Source: Polaribacter sp. (GTDB lineage: Bacteria > Bacteroidota > Bacteroidia > Flavobacteriales > Flavobacteriaceae). From it: a stretch of 64,000 bases of DNA. The DNA lies in the NCBI GenBank assembly GCA_965261035.1, contig OZ253439.1:1337070-1401069 (forward strand), written 5' to 3'. A program made the position numbers and the translations under genes. The notes beneath the pieces were generated by a model. The model made no database searches. It saw only the letters and a list, made by a program, of their open reading frames with translations, and was not told the DNA's origin. Position 1 is the stretch's first letter. Each line of letters opens with the position of its first letter. Positions 39,050-48,510 of the stretch are shown here, piece after piece.

Positions 39050-41917
39050 TTATGCTTTTGTTGCTGCATCTAAAGCAGCAACAGCTAAGGCTTTATACTT
39101 ATCTGCAAGACCAATAAGCTTTATTATTTCAGCATCCATAACTTTTAACTCTTGTTTAAGTACCCATATAAGCTCTGTCATTGCAACTATATTAATCTTA
39201 CCGTTAAGAACAGCTTTTTTTCCATTTACTAGATTGCTAGTTGCTGTTACAAGATTTTGCTCAGCAGCATCTACATCTGCTTGTAAATTTCTGGCAGGAA
39301 TAGTTATTAACCTAGATGCGTTAAGATATTCAGTCTTAATAATTCTCAAAGATATTCTTTTCGCTATTAAGAGGCTCTTCTTATACTCAAGGGCTTCAAT
39401 CTCAGCCTCAATTACGTTAATACTAGATACTAACTCACTAACCCCTTCTACATTTGAAGCCGATTCTATCTCTTTCTCTAAAGCTGTAAGTTTAGCAGTA
39501 TTACCAGCTATTTTAGCAGCAAGTGTAGCGATGTCAATACCTGATAATTTAATATCAAGTTCTATCTTTTCTTTTGTTCGGAAATTAGCTTTAGCAGCTT
39601 TAGCAGCATTTACAGCAGAATTACTTACAGCATTTTTTTTAGTTGTTATCATTGCTTTAGATGTCTTTAAAATACTATCTTTATCAACTGTATCTGATGT
39701 TTTAATCCCAATTACTTTCAGTGCATTGATAAAAGCAGTTTCTTTAGCTTTTAGAGTAACTCCTTTATTGTCAACAAGTAATCCGTCAAATTTATTAACT
39801 TTAGCTCTAAGTTTTTCCTCAGTAGCACTACGATCAGCTAATGACGCTTTTGCTTTGTTTAATTCAGTAATAGCTGCATCTAATTCTACAACAGCTACAT
39901 TAAATCTAGTAACATTCAACTCATCAGGAGTAGGGTCTCTATCATCAGCTTCAACATTATAGAGTTTACCTATACTACCAAGATTCGTTAAAGAAGTAGC
40001 AGCCTCAATGGATCCAAAATCAGCTACTATATCACCAAGTGTAAACTTGACAGCAAGAACTGTTGGGTTTATCGTTGCAGGAGTCTTAATAGGGAAGTCA
40101 GGACTTGCTGCGGTTTTGTCAAAAAAGAATTGCTCTGTTTCAAATGTTACTTTCTTCTTTCTTACACCATCAACAAGAGGGAAAGTTACATCTTTAATTT
40201 TTCTATATGTAACTTTTACAGCGTCAGCGCCAGTGCCTTCCATAGTGGCGTCAGTAATATTACCCGTCACACCATCAGGACCTGCAAAAACAGAAGGACC
40301 TGCAGGCTCAGCATCATAGATCTTTTTTAACGTGTCATGCTTTTTTCGGGCATCTGCTTCAGTCTTTCTTATACCTTCTATATTAATTCTAGCTGCTATA
40401 TGAGTTTTTAGTGCGTTAGTAGCATCCTCTAAACTATCTAACAATCCGCCAACATCCTCTTTTAAAGCATTATACGCCTTTCTTTTAGCTTCAGCAGTAT
40501 CATGATTTCCTTTTTTGGTGGCAACAGCAGCTTTTTCTTTGGTAATTTTAGCATCTAATTTACCTAACTCTGCATCATAGTCTGCTAAAGTTGTACTATC
40601 AGTCTTTACAGACTTTTTTTTGCTATTGTATAAAGCTGAGTCTGTCTTAATAAGACCAGCCAATCTATCATACTTTGTACGTAAAGCATCAGTTTCAGTT
40701 AATTTATTTAACTTTTCTACTTCAATAGATTTCGTGTTTTCCTTTGACCCTATATTTATTTCCTCTAAATGCACCTTTATTCCAACTTGTACTATACTGT
40801 CGTCGTATTCTTTAACACGTGCATCAAATTCTGCTTTTTGAGTAACAACTTCGTCAGTTTCATGAGCAACTTTAGCAGCTTTAGCAACTTGTACTCCAAC
40901 TTCTGCAGCTGCTTTTAAACCTTTTAGCAGAACTAAGGAAGCTTCAGCTACAGCTGAATCTATTTTACCCTCAGCTAACATTCTTGATTGCTCAGCTAAC
41001 ATTTCTGCTCTTACTTTTCTCGTAACCAATTTGGAAGCAGCCACTTTTCTAACAGCTATGTACTGATCAACTAGACCCTCTGCTACTGCAAAACCAGCTG
41101 CTCTAAGATCATCTGCGTGTAGCTGTTGAGCTTCTAGCAATTCAAATTCTGCTCTTGCTACATTAATAGCCGTTTGAGCGAGTACATCTGCAGCATTTGC
41201 CGCCCGATTTGCAGCATTTGCTTTCTCAAGTTCAGCCTTTGCCTTCTCAAGGTCAGCCTCCGCTCTTACTTTTGCTGCTGCAGCTTCTGCGGCTGTCATA
41301 TTACTGGCAGTTTCAGAAACTATCCTTGCAATCTCCGCTTCTGCTTTATTTACTGCAACTTCTGCGGCTGCTATATTACTGGCAGTTTCAGCAAGTATCC
41401 TTGCAACTTCCGCTCTTATTTTTTCTGCTGCAGCTATTGCGGCTGCTGCATCACTGCTAGTTTTAGAAATTATCCCTGCAACCTCTGCTCTTACTTTTTC
41501 TGCTGCAGCTATTGCGGCTGCTGCATTACTGGCAGTTTCAGCAAGTATCCTTGCAACCTCCGCTCTTACTTTTGCTGCTGCAACCTCTGCGGCTGTAGCA
41601 TTACTAGAAGTTTCAGAAGCTATCCTTGCAGCATGTGCTTTCTGAACTTCGGCATCTGCCGCTCTAAGATCGGCTTCCGCCTTTTTAAGAATGGCTTCTG
41701 CCCCTTTAAGAGCGGCTTCCGCCGCTTTAAGAGTAGCCTCTGCTTGATTTACCGTAACTTGACTAGCAAGAAGGTCAGCTTGACCTTGGTAAATCTTTTT
41801 AATTTCTGGTGAAACTTCGCTATCTATACAAGATACAAAGCTACCACCAAAAATGATAGCTACTAATAGTGCTACCAAAAATCTGTTCATTTTGTTCATT
41901 TTGTTCATTTTGTTCAT
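39050..41917 (-). CDS. 955-aa Ala-rich coiled-coil surface lipoprotein (BT1927 S-layer-like)
   Basis: Lipobox FVSC then IDSEVSP; long heptad helices around a central non-helical domain; directly upstream of a BT1926-like barrel gene. Confidence 0.75.
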   Translation of the reverse strand: MNKMNKMNKMNRFLVALLVAIIFGGSFVSCIDSEVSPEIKKIYQGQADLLASQVTVNQAEATLKAAEAALKGAEAILKKAEADLRAADAEVQKAHAARIASETSSNATAAEVAAAKVRAEVARILAETASNAAAAIAAAEKVRAEVAGIISKTSSDAAAAIAAAEKIRAEVARILAETASNIAAAEVAVNKAEAEIARIVSETASNMTAAEAAAAKVRAEADLEKAKAELEKANAANRAANAADVLAQTAINVARAEFELLEAQQLHADDLRAAGFAVAEGLVDQYIAVRKVAASKLVTRKVRAEMLAEQSRMLAEGKIDSAVAEASLVLLKGLKAAAEVGVQVAKAAKVAHETDEVVTQKAEFDARVKEYDDSIVQVGIKVHLEEINIGSKENTKSIEVEKLNKLTETDALRTKYDRLAGLIKTDSALYNSKKKSVKTDSTTLADYDAELGKLDAKITKEKAAVATKKGNHDTAEAKRKAYNALKEDVGGLLDSLEDATNALKTHIAARINIEGIRKTEADARKKHDTLKKIYDAEPAGPSVFAGPDGVTGNITDATMEGTGADAVKVTYRKIKDVTFPLVDGVRKKKVTFETEQFFFDKTAASPDFPIKTPATINPTVLAVKFTLGDIVADFGSIEAATSLTNLGSIGKLYNVEADDRDPTPDELNVTRFNVAVVELDAAITELNKAKASLADRSATEEKLRAKVNKFDGLLVDNKGVTLKAKETAFINALKVIGIKTSDTVDKDSILKTSKAMITTKKNAVSNSAVNAAKAAKANFRTKEKIELDIKLSGIDIATLAAKIAGNTAKLTALEKEIESASNVEGVSELVSSINVIEAEIEALEYKKSLLIAKRISLRIIKTEYLNASRLITIPARNLQADVDAAEQNLVTATSNLVNGKKAVLNGKINIVAMTELIWVLKQELKVMDAEIIKLIGLADKYKALAVAALDAATKA
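41255..41629 (-). repeat. Five tandem 75-bp (25-aa) repeats
   Basis: Units start at 41629, 41554, 41479, 41404, 41329; consensus ARILAETASNAAAAxAAAEKVRAEV. Confidence 0.9.
41882..41917 (-). repeat. 9-bp tandem repeat at the start codon, (ATGAACAAA)3 ATGAACAGA
   Basis: Encodes MNKMNKMNKMNR. Confidence 0.92.
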
Positions 41918-41978
41918 TTTGTTACTATTTAATTAATGTTTAATATTCTTTTAGTTATAATCCTATAAACTATCGGGA

Positions 41979-41986
41979 CAAAACTA
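41979..41986 (-). promoter_or_regulatory. -7 element TAGTTTTG for the lipoprotein/barrel locus
   Basis: Consensus match about 60 nt upstream of the ATG. Confidence 0.6.
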
Positions 41987-42281
41987 CATATATAATTTCT
42001 TTCTGACAATGAAAAAACTAAAAAAAAAACGTTTTTTTAAAAAAAATATTTACAAATTCGTATAATAGCCTTATAATCAGCTATTTGTAAGCAACTATTT
42101 TTTGTAATTATTTTAGTTTTTATGTGTTTAAAAGGCATTTTGTCTCTATTAATTAGGTATATAGTTAGGTATTTATACAAAAAACAGAGCGTTTTTAGTC
42201 TGTATTTTGGCATAAATAAGTAAAAATTGGAAGTTGGAAGTTAAAAATTGAAAGTTTCTAACTCTTTCCAACCTCCAATTT

Positions 42282-43952
42282 TCAATTTCTCATCCCAACA
42301 GTTTTATTAAAGATTAGTTTTTCTGATGTAGAATCGTTATCTACATTAAAATATCCCAAACGCTGAAACTGAAATCGGTAGCCAACTTTTGCTGTTTTCA
42401 AACTTGGCTCTACAAAGGCGTTAATCACCTGCAAAGAGTTTGGGTTTATAAACTCCATATAATCCTTATCTTTATGTCCGTCGGGAGCTTCATCAGAAAA
42501 CAGACGGTCATATATTCTAACTTCAGCAGAAATACTATGTTTTATGGAAACCCAATGTAAAGTTCCTTTTACTTTGCGTTTGCTTTCTTCTGTGCCACTT
42601 CCCGACTTTGTTTTAGGGTCATAAGTACAATGAATTACAGTAATATTACCGTTCTTATCTTTTTCTACGCTGTTTGCCGTGATAAAATAGGCGTTTTTTA
42701 AACGAATCTCCTTGCCTAATTTTAATCGGAAGAATTTTTTATTGGCTTCTTCTCTAAAATCTTCACGTTCTATATAGATTTCACCAGAAAAAGGAACTTC
42801 TCTAAACCCCGAATTTTTATCTTCAGGGTTGTTCTCGGCGATTAAAATTTCTTCTTTATCTTTTGGATAATTATCTATCACAACTTTTACAGGGTCTAAA
42901 ACCGCCATAACTCTGTTGGCTGTTTTGTTTAAATCTTCACGGATTTTAAATTCCAATAATGCTACGTCAATTACGTTTTCACGTTTAGAAACTCCGACGG
43001 TTTCAATAAAATTTCTGATAGATGCAGGCGTATAACCTCTTCTACGCAATCCGGAGATAGTTGGCATACGTGGGTCATCCCAGCCGTTTACGATTCCTTG
43101 CTCAACTAATTTTAACAACTTTCGTTTACTCATTATAGTATAGCTCAAATTTAATCGAGAAAATTCGCGTTGTTTTGGAGCCAAAGGATATTCAGATTTA
43201 CTATACCTATATATATTGTTACGAAACCAGTTATATAATTCCCTGTGAGGCTTAAACTCTAAGGAACACAAAGAGTGCGAAATTTGCTCTAAATAATCAC
43301 TCTCCCCGTGTGTCCAATCATACATTGGATATATACACCAATCCGTTCCCGTCCTGTGATGTTTTTTGTGCATAACGCGATACATTAAAGGGTCGCGGAG
43401 CAACATATTTGGCGAAGACATATCTATTTTTGCTCTCAAAACGTGTTTACCTTCTTTAAAATCTCCATCTTTCATACTTTTGAACAGCTCTAAGTTTTCG
43501 GCAACTGCTCTATCTCTAAAAGGGCTGTTAGTCCCTTTTGTTATCGGAGTTCCTTTCTGTATCCTCATCTCTTCGGATGTTTGGCTGTCCACATAAGCCT
43601 TTCCGTCCTTTATTAATTGTATAGCCCAATCAAATAATTGCTGAAAATAATCAGAAGAATAAAGTTCATTTTCCCATTTATATCCTAACCAAGTAATATC
43701 ACGTTTAATTGCATCTACATATTCCTGCTCTTCCTTTGCTGGATTTGTATCATCAAAACGCAAATTGACAGGAGCATTGTATTTTTGCCCTAAACCAAAA
43801 CTAATTCCGATAGCTTTTGTATGACCAATATGTAAATATCCGTTTGGCTCTGGTGGAAAACGAAAGCGTAGATTTTCTTTCAGCATTCCGTTTGATAAAT
43901 CTTCCTCAATAATCTGTTCTAAAAAGTTGAGCGATTTTTTTTCTTCCAGCAT
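42282..43952 (-). CDS. glnS: Glutamine--tRNA ligase
   Basis: RFPPEPNGYLHIGH, MSKRKL, FQFQRLGYF. Confidence 0.96.
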   Translation of the reverse strand: MLEEKKSLNFLEQIIEEDLSNGMLKENLRFRFPPEPNGYLHIGHTKAIGISFGLGQKYNAPVNLRFDDTNPAKEEQEYVDAIKRDITWLGYKWENELYSSDYFQQLFDWAIQLIKDGKAYVDSQTSEEMRIQKGTPITKGTNSPFRDRAVAENLELFKSMKDGDFKEGKHVLRAKIDMSSPNMLLRDPLMYRVMHKKHHRTGTDWCIYPMYDWTHGESDYLEQISHSLCSLEFKPHRELYNWFRNNIYRYSKSEYPLAPKQREFSRLNLSYTIMSKRKLLKLVEQGIVNGWDDPRMPTISGLRRRGYTPASIRNFIETVGVSKRENVIDVALLEFKIREDLNKTANRVMAVLDPVKVVIDNYPKDKEEILIAENNPEDKNSGFREVPFSGEIYIEREDFREEANKKFFRLKLGKEIRLKNAYFITANSVEKDKNGNITVIHCTYDPKTKSGSGTEESKRKVKGTLHWVSIKHSISAEVRIYDRLFSDEAPDGHKDKDYMEFINPNSLQVINAFVEPSLKTAKVGYRFQFQRLGYFNVDNDSTSEKLIFNKTVGMRN

Positions 43953-43985
43953 TCTCCTTTTTTAATATAAGCAAGAATTATTAAT

Positions 43986-44330
43986 TTATTTTACTTTCTC
44001 TACAATTGTTTTAAAAACTTTTGGGTCGTTCATAGCTAAATCTGCTAAAACCTTACGGTTCAGCTCTATGTTATTAGCTTTAATTTTTCCCATAAATTGA
44101 GAGTAAGACATTCCGTACTGACGAGCCCCAGCGTTAATACGCAGAATCCATAATGAACGGAAATTTCTTTTATTGTTTTTACGGTCACGATAAGCATAAG
44201 TCATCGCTTTTTCTACCGCATTTTTTGCTACTGTATAAACGTTTTTTCTACGTCCGAAGTAACCTTTTGCTTGCTTCAATATCTTTTTTCTTCTTTTTCT
44301 TGAAGCCACTGAATTTACTGATCTTGGCAT
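43986..44330 (-). CDS. rplT: 50S ribosomal protein L20
   Basis: MPRSVN, AKGYFG, RINAGAR. Confidence 0.98.
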   Translation of the reverse strand: MPRSVNSVASRKRRKKILKQAKGYFGRRKNVYTVAKNAVEKAMTYAYRDRKNNKRNFRSLWILRINAGARQYGMSYSQFMGKIKANNIELNRKVLADLAMNDPKVFKTIVEKVK

Positions 44331-44444
44331 AATTCAAAATTGTTTTTTTGTAGTAGGCGATTAACTAATTCTTAAATTGTAATTCAAAAACAGTAATTCT
44401 TGTTAGCCCACTACACGGTTAATAATTAAACTCTATTTAATTAA

Positions 44445-44642
44445 CTATTTTAAAGCTAATTGCTGTTTGATGTTTTTAGCATCAGACTCGTGTACTAATG
44501 TAGCGTGTGTCAATCTAAGCTTTCGCTTTTTAGACTTTTTTGTCAAAATATGACTTTTAAACGCATGCTTCCTCTTAATCTTTCCTGAACCAGTAAGTTT
44601 AAAACGCTTTTTGGCACCAGATTTGGTTTTCATTTTGGGCAT
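44445..44642 (-). CDS. rpmI: 50S ribosomal protein L35
   Basis: True start [14 protein letters not shown] at 44642; SD-like AGAAGGAG upstream. Confidence 0.97.
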   Translation of the reverse strand: MPKMKTKSGAKKRFKLTGSGKIKRKHAFKSHILTKKSKKRKLRLTHATLVHESDAKNIKQQLALK

Positions 44643-44671
44643 CTCTCCTTCTTTTTTATCTTGCTTATTAT

Positions 44672-44813
44672 TTTCTTTTTCTGCAAGGTTTTTGAAACCT
44701 TGCAAATATTTATTTTACTTTCTTAGGAGCAATATACATAATCATACGTTTACCTTCTAACTTTGGTAATTGCTCAACTTTTCCGTATTCTTCTAATTCT
44801 TGGGCTAATCTCA
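44672..44813. repeat. 142-bp direct repeat (second copy of the infC 3' end and downstream hairpin)
   Basis: Identical to 45228..45369 except for the 3-nt hairpin loop. Confidence 0.95.
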
Positions 44814-44814
44814 T
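44710..44814 (-). pseudogene. Duplicated infC 3' fragment (34-aa ORF)
   Basis: [34 protein letters not shown]. Confidence 0.85.
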
Positions 44815-44853
44815 AAAAAGATTAGATTTTTTTTTGACACATAATTTTTGTTA

Positions 44854-45084
44854 CTAATTTTTCTTAAAAACTCTAAATCTATACTTTACCCCATAAAATG
44901 GAATGAATGATTTAAAAATTTCTTTCCAACTATATTTTAAATACTTCATCCTTAAAATAGTTACTGTTGGGATATAAAAAATAACTAAGTAAGGTAAAAT
45001 ATGAGTAGGAAATTTATGAGGGTAAAAACTACCTAGAACAATAAAAGGGACAAAAAGTACGATTAAATATACTATTCTATTCAT
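44854..45084 (-). CDS. Small membrane protein (immunity-like)
   Basis: 76 aa, two hydrophobic segments, basic aromatic tail. Confidence 0.65.
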   Translation of the reverse strand: MNRIVYLIVLFVPFIVLGSFYPHKFPTHILPYLVIFYIPTVTILRMKYLKYSWKEIFKSFIPFYGVKYRFRVFKKN

Positions 45085-45094
45085 ATATCAATAT

Positions 45095-45211
45095 TTAGTA
45101 AAAAGTTGCAGAAGCAGCACAACCAAGTGCAATACCAGCGGCACATTCTGGTCCAAATGCAATGCATGCTAATCCCGCTTTTGTTAAAATTATTTTGTTT
45201 TTGATGCTCAT
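45095..45211 (-). CDS. 38-aa Cys/Gly/Ala-rich peptide
   Basis: MSIKNKIILTKAGLACIAFGPECAAGIALGCAASATFY*; below ORF-track cutoff. Confidence 0.5.
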   Translation of the reverse strand: MSIKNKIILTKAGLACIAFGPECAAGIALGCAASATFY

Positions 45212-45227
45212 AACATAACTTGTTTAC

Positions 45228-45369
45228 TTTCTTTTTCTGCAAGGTTTCAAAAACCTTGCAAATATTTATTTTACTTTCTTAGGAGCAATATACATAATCA
45301 TACGTTTACCTTCTAACTTTGGTAATTGCTCAACTTTTCCGTATTCTTCTAATTCTTGGGCTAATCTCA
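45228..45369. repeat. 142-bp direct repeat (copy overlapping the intact infC 3' end)
   Basis: Offset 556 bp from the other copy. Confidence 0.95.
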
Positions 45370-45826
45370 ATAATAGAATTTGCCCCTGTTCTTTAAAAAT
45401 TATAGACCTTCCTTTAAAAAACACAAATGCTTTTAGCTTAGCACCGTCTTTCAAAAACTTAACAGCATGTTTCTTCTTAAATTCATAATCGTGTTCATCT
45501 GTTTGAGGTCCAAAACGAATCTCCTTAACAGTAACTTTTGTAGCTTTAGATTTTAAAACCTTATCACGTTTCTTCTGTTCGTATAAAAATTTCTTATAAT
45601 CAATAATTTTGCAAACAGGAGGAACCGCCTTTGGAGATATTTCTACCAAATCTAATTCTTGCTCGTTAGCTATTTGTCGAGCTTTTTCTATTGGATAAAC
45701 TCCAACTTCAACATTATCGCCTACCAAACGCACTTTATCAACAAATTTAATCCTATGATTAATTCTGTGTAAATCTTCCTTGATTACTCTTAAAGGTCTT
45801 CTCGACCTGCTTCTTCTAATTGCTAT
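45266..45826 (-). CDS. infC: Translation initiation factor IF-3 (non-AUG start)
   Basis: Frame open upstream of the track start ([23 protein letters not shown]); ATA at 45826 or ATT at 45820; no in-frame ATG. Confidence 0.93.
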   Translation of the reverse strand: MAIRRSRSRRPLRVIKEDLHRINHRIKFVDKVRLVGDNVEVGVYPIEKARQIANEQELDLVEISPKAVPPVCKIIDYKKFLYEQKKRDKVLKSKATKVTVKEIRFGPQTDEHDYEFKKKHAVKFLKDGAKLKAFVFFKGRSIIFKEQGQILLLRLAQELEEYGKVEQLPKLEGKRMIMYIAPKKVK

Positions 45827-45861
45827 GACTCATAAAATTTAAATTAAACAAATTTATTACA

Positions 45862-47787
45862 TTAAAGTTTTACTGACTTTTGTATCAAGGAAATAAATTC
45901 TTCAGTAGTAAATACTCCTAAATCTCCTTTACTATGCTCTCTTACAGATACCGTTCCTTTACTTTCTTCCTTTTCTCCGATAATAATCATAAACGGTATT
46001 TTACTAACTTCTGCATCTCTGATTTTTCTACCAGTCTTTTCATTTCTATCATCTATCAAGCCGCGAATTTCGGAATTTTCTAGCAATTCTAAAACTTTTT
46101 CTGAATATTTTTGATATTTTTTACTGATTGGAAGTAAAATAACCTGCTTAGGAGTTAGCCAAAGAGGAAAATTGCCTCCCGTATGCTCCAGCAATACAGC
46201 GATAAAACGCTCCATAGAACCAAATGGAGCTCTGTGAATCATAACAGGTCTGTGTAATTGATTATCTGCTCCTTTATAATGCAAATTAAAACGTTCTGGA
46301 AGATTATAATCTACCTGTATTGTTCCTAATTGCCATTTTCTGCCTAAAGCATCTTTCACTATAAAGTCTAATTTAGGTCCGTAGAAAGCTGCTTCTCCTT
46401 CTTTAATTGTATAATTTAAACCTTTATCTTTTGCTGCATTTATAATAGCAGCTTCGGCTTTATTCCAAGTTTCAACATCACCTATATATTTATCTAGGTC
46501 GCTCATATCTCTGACAGAAACCTGTGTTGTAAAATCTTTAAAACCTAAAGAACCAAATACGTACAGAACTAAATCTATAACGCTCTTAAACTCCTCGTCT
46601 AATTGTTCTGGTGTACAAAAAATATGTGCATCGTCTTGCGTAAATCCTCTTACACGAGTTAGTCCGTGCAATTCACCACTTTGTTCATACCTATACACGG
46701 TTCCGAATTCTGCAAAACGTTTAGGCAAATCTTTATACGAATAAGGTTTAAAATTATATATTTCACAATGATGCGGGCAATTCATAGGTTTTAACAAAAA
46801 CTCTTCGTCCATTTTTGGAGTTTTTATCGGCTGAAAACTATCTTCACCATATTTGGCATAATGCCCAGAGGTAACATACAATTCTTTCTGTCCGATATGT
46901 GGTGTTATCACCATTTCGTAGCCAGCTTTCTTTTGAGCTTTTTTCAAAAAATCTTCCAATCTATTGCGTAAGGCAGCACCTTTTGGCAGCCATAAAGGCA
47001 GACCAGAACCTACTTTCTGTGAAAAAGTAAATAATTCTAACTCCTTGCCTAACTTTCTGTGGTCGCGTTTTTTTGCTTCTTCTAATAATTCTAAATATTC
47101 GGTAAGCATCTTTTGTTTCGGAAAAGAAATGCCGTATATACGTGTTAATTGATTATTTTTTTCATCGCCACGCCAATAAGCTCCAGCTACATTTGTGATT
47201 TTTACTGCCTTTATAATTCCCGTATTAGGAATATGTCCGCCACGGCATAGGTCTGTAAAATTGCTGTGGTCACAAAAAGTAATATCTCCGTCATCTAAAT
47301 TTTCAATCAATTCAACTTTGTATCCGTTATTTTCCTTTTGATAAAAAGACAGCGCATCAGATTTAGAAACTGAACGCAATTTGAACTCATATTTCCCTCT
47401 AGCTAATTCTAAAAATTTCTTTTCTATTTGTAAAAAATCTTTTTCAGAAATCACTTTATCACCTAAATCAATATCGTAATAGAAGCCGTTTTCAATGGCA
47501 GGACCGATAGTCAATTTCGCATCCGGATAAAACTCTAAAATTGCCTGTGCCAAAACATGTGCAGAAGAATGCCAGAATGCTTTTTTCCCATCTGCATCGT
47601 TAAAAGTGTATAAAATTAGCTTGCCGTCTGTCGTCAAAGGAGTAGAAGTTTCTACCGTTGTACCATTAAAATTGGCAGAAATAACGTTTCTTGCAAATCC
47701 TTCACTGATATTTTTAGCAACGTCCATAGGCGTGCTGTTTTGATTAAACTCTTTAATGCTTCCGTCGGGCAGTGTAATATTAATCAT
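45862..47787 (-). CDS. thrS: Threonine--tRNA ligase
   Basis: [26 protein letters not shown]-type [21 protein letters not shown]. Confidence 0.98.
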   Translation of the reverse strand: MINITLPDGSIKEFNQNSTPMDVAKNISEGFARNVISANFNGTTVETSTPLTTDGKLILYTFNDADGKKAFWHSSAHVLAQAILEFYPDAKLTIGPAIENGFYYDIDLGDKVISEKDFLQIEKKFLELARGKYEFKLRSVSKSDALSFYQKENNGYKVELIENLDDGDITFCDHSNFTDLCRGGHIPNTGIIKAVKITNVAGAYWRGDEKNNQLTRIYGISFPKQKMLTEYLELLEEAKKRDHRKLGKELELFTFSQKVGSGLPLWLPKGAALRNRLEDFLKKAQKKAGYEMVITPHIGQKELYVTSGHYAKYGEDSFQPIKTPKMDEEFLLKPMNCPHHCEIYNFKPYSYKDLPKRFAEFGTVYRYEQSGELHGLTRVRGFTQDDAHIFCTPEQLDEEFKSVIDLVLYVFGSLGFKDFTTQVSVRDMSDLDKYIGDVETWNKAEAAIINAAKDKGLNYTIKEGEAAFYGPKLDFIVKDALGRKWQLGTIQVDYNLPERFNLHYKGADNQLHRPVMIHRAPFGSMERFIAVLLEHTGGNFPLWLTPKQVILLPISKKYQKYSEKVLELLENSEIRGLIDDRNEKTGRKIRDAEVSKIPFMIIIGEKEESKGTVSVREHSKGDLGVFTTEEFISLIQKSVKL

Positions 47788-47874
47788 TAGTTAATTTTTA
47801 ATAAGCGGCAAAGGTAAGGTAAAAGTTGAGAATTACGATTTGATAATTCAACAATTACACAATTTATCAATTAA

Positions 47875-48510
47875 TCAATTAATCATCTGAAATATAGCCA
47901 ACGCATATACGATAAAACGCAAAAAACGAAATAAACCAAATAACAAAACTCCTTTCAGAGGGTATTTAATCAAGCCTGCCGCCATACAAGTAATTGAAAA
48001 TGGAATTGGGAGCAAAGCTCCAACGATAATTAAGAATCCTCCCCATTTACTCGTATTTTTTAGGTGTTTCGTCATTTTTGTTTCCAAATAATTTTTAACT
48101 GCGTAAATTTTTAGTGAAACTTTACCAATAAAAAAGGAGATAATTCCGCCAATATAAGATAGTGTTGCTAATATTGATAGAGTGATAACAGGTTCGGAAG
48201 TTTTTTTAGACCAAGCGATAAAAATTTCTGGAGGTATCAATCCTAAAATAGATTCTGAAACAAAGAAAATAATCAAAATAGCTACTTTAGAAAACGTTTG
48301 AGTAATGTTTTGTAATCCGTCATTAATGTCATAAACGAATTTGTTAAACAAAAATAATCCAACCACAAGAAGTATTACCGGTATAATAGCTTTCTTTATA
48401 CTCTTTGTAATAAATTTGTAAAAGCCTGTGTACAAGTAGTATTGGTATAATAATTTTGTTCTAGATTTCTTTTTAGACTTTTTTTTCGGTTCTATTTTTT
48501 TTTGCTTCAC
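47875..48510 (-). CDS. DedA/YqaA (VTT domain) membrane protein
   Basis: SESILGLIPPEIF, ALLPIPFS, RFLRF. Confidence 0.8.
   Translation of the reverse strand: MKQKKIEPKKKSKKKSRTKLLYQYYLYTGFYKFITKSIKKAIIPVILLVVGLFLFNKFVYDINDGLQNITQTFSKVAILIIFFVSESILGLIPPEIFIAWSKKTSEPVITLSILATLSYIGGIISFFIGKVSLKIYAVKNYLETKMTKHLKNTSKWGGFLIIVGALLPIPFSITCMAAGLIKYPLKGVLLFGLFRFLRFIVYALAIFQMIN

Noticed and set aside
39234-41812. Long plus-strand ORFs (242 aa, 212 aa Cys-rich, others)
   Set aside because: Antisense shadows of Ala codons (GCA/GCT) in the 955-aa gene
41918-42224. Invertible promoter for the S-layer-like gene
   Set aside because: Only a degenerate GTTAC-N7-(TTAAT) at 41921..41937 and an 8-bp inverted repeat (42050..42090) that does not enclose the promoter; no second site and no recombinase nearby
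44643-44705. N-terminal extension of L35
   Set aside because: Arises from an ATG in the duplicated hairpin region; the true start is 44642
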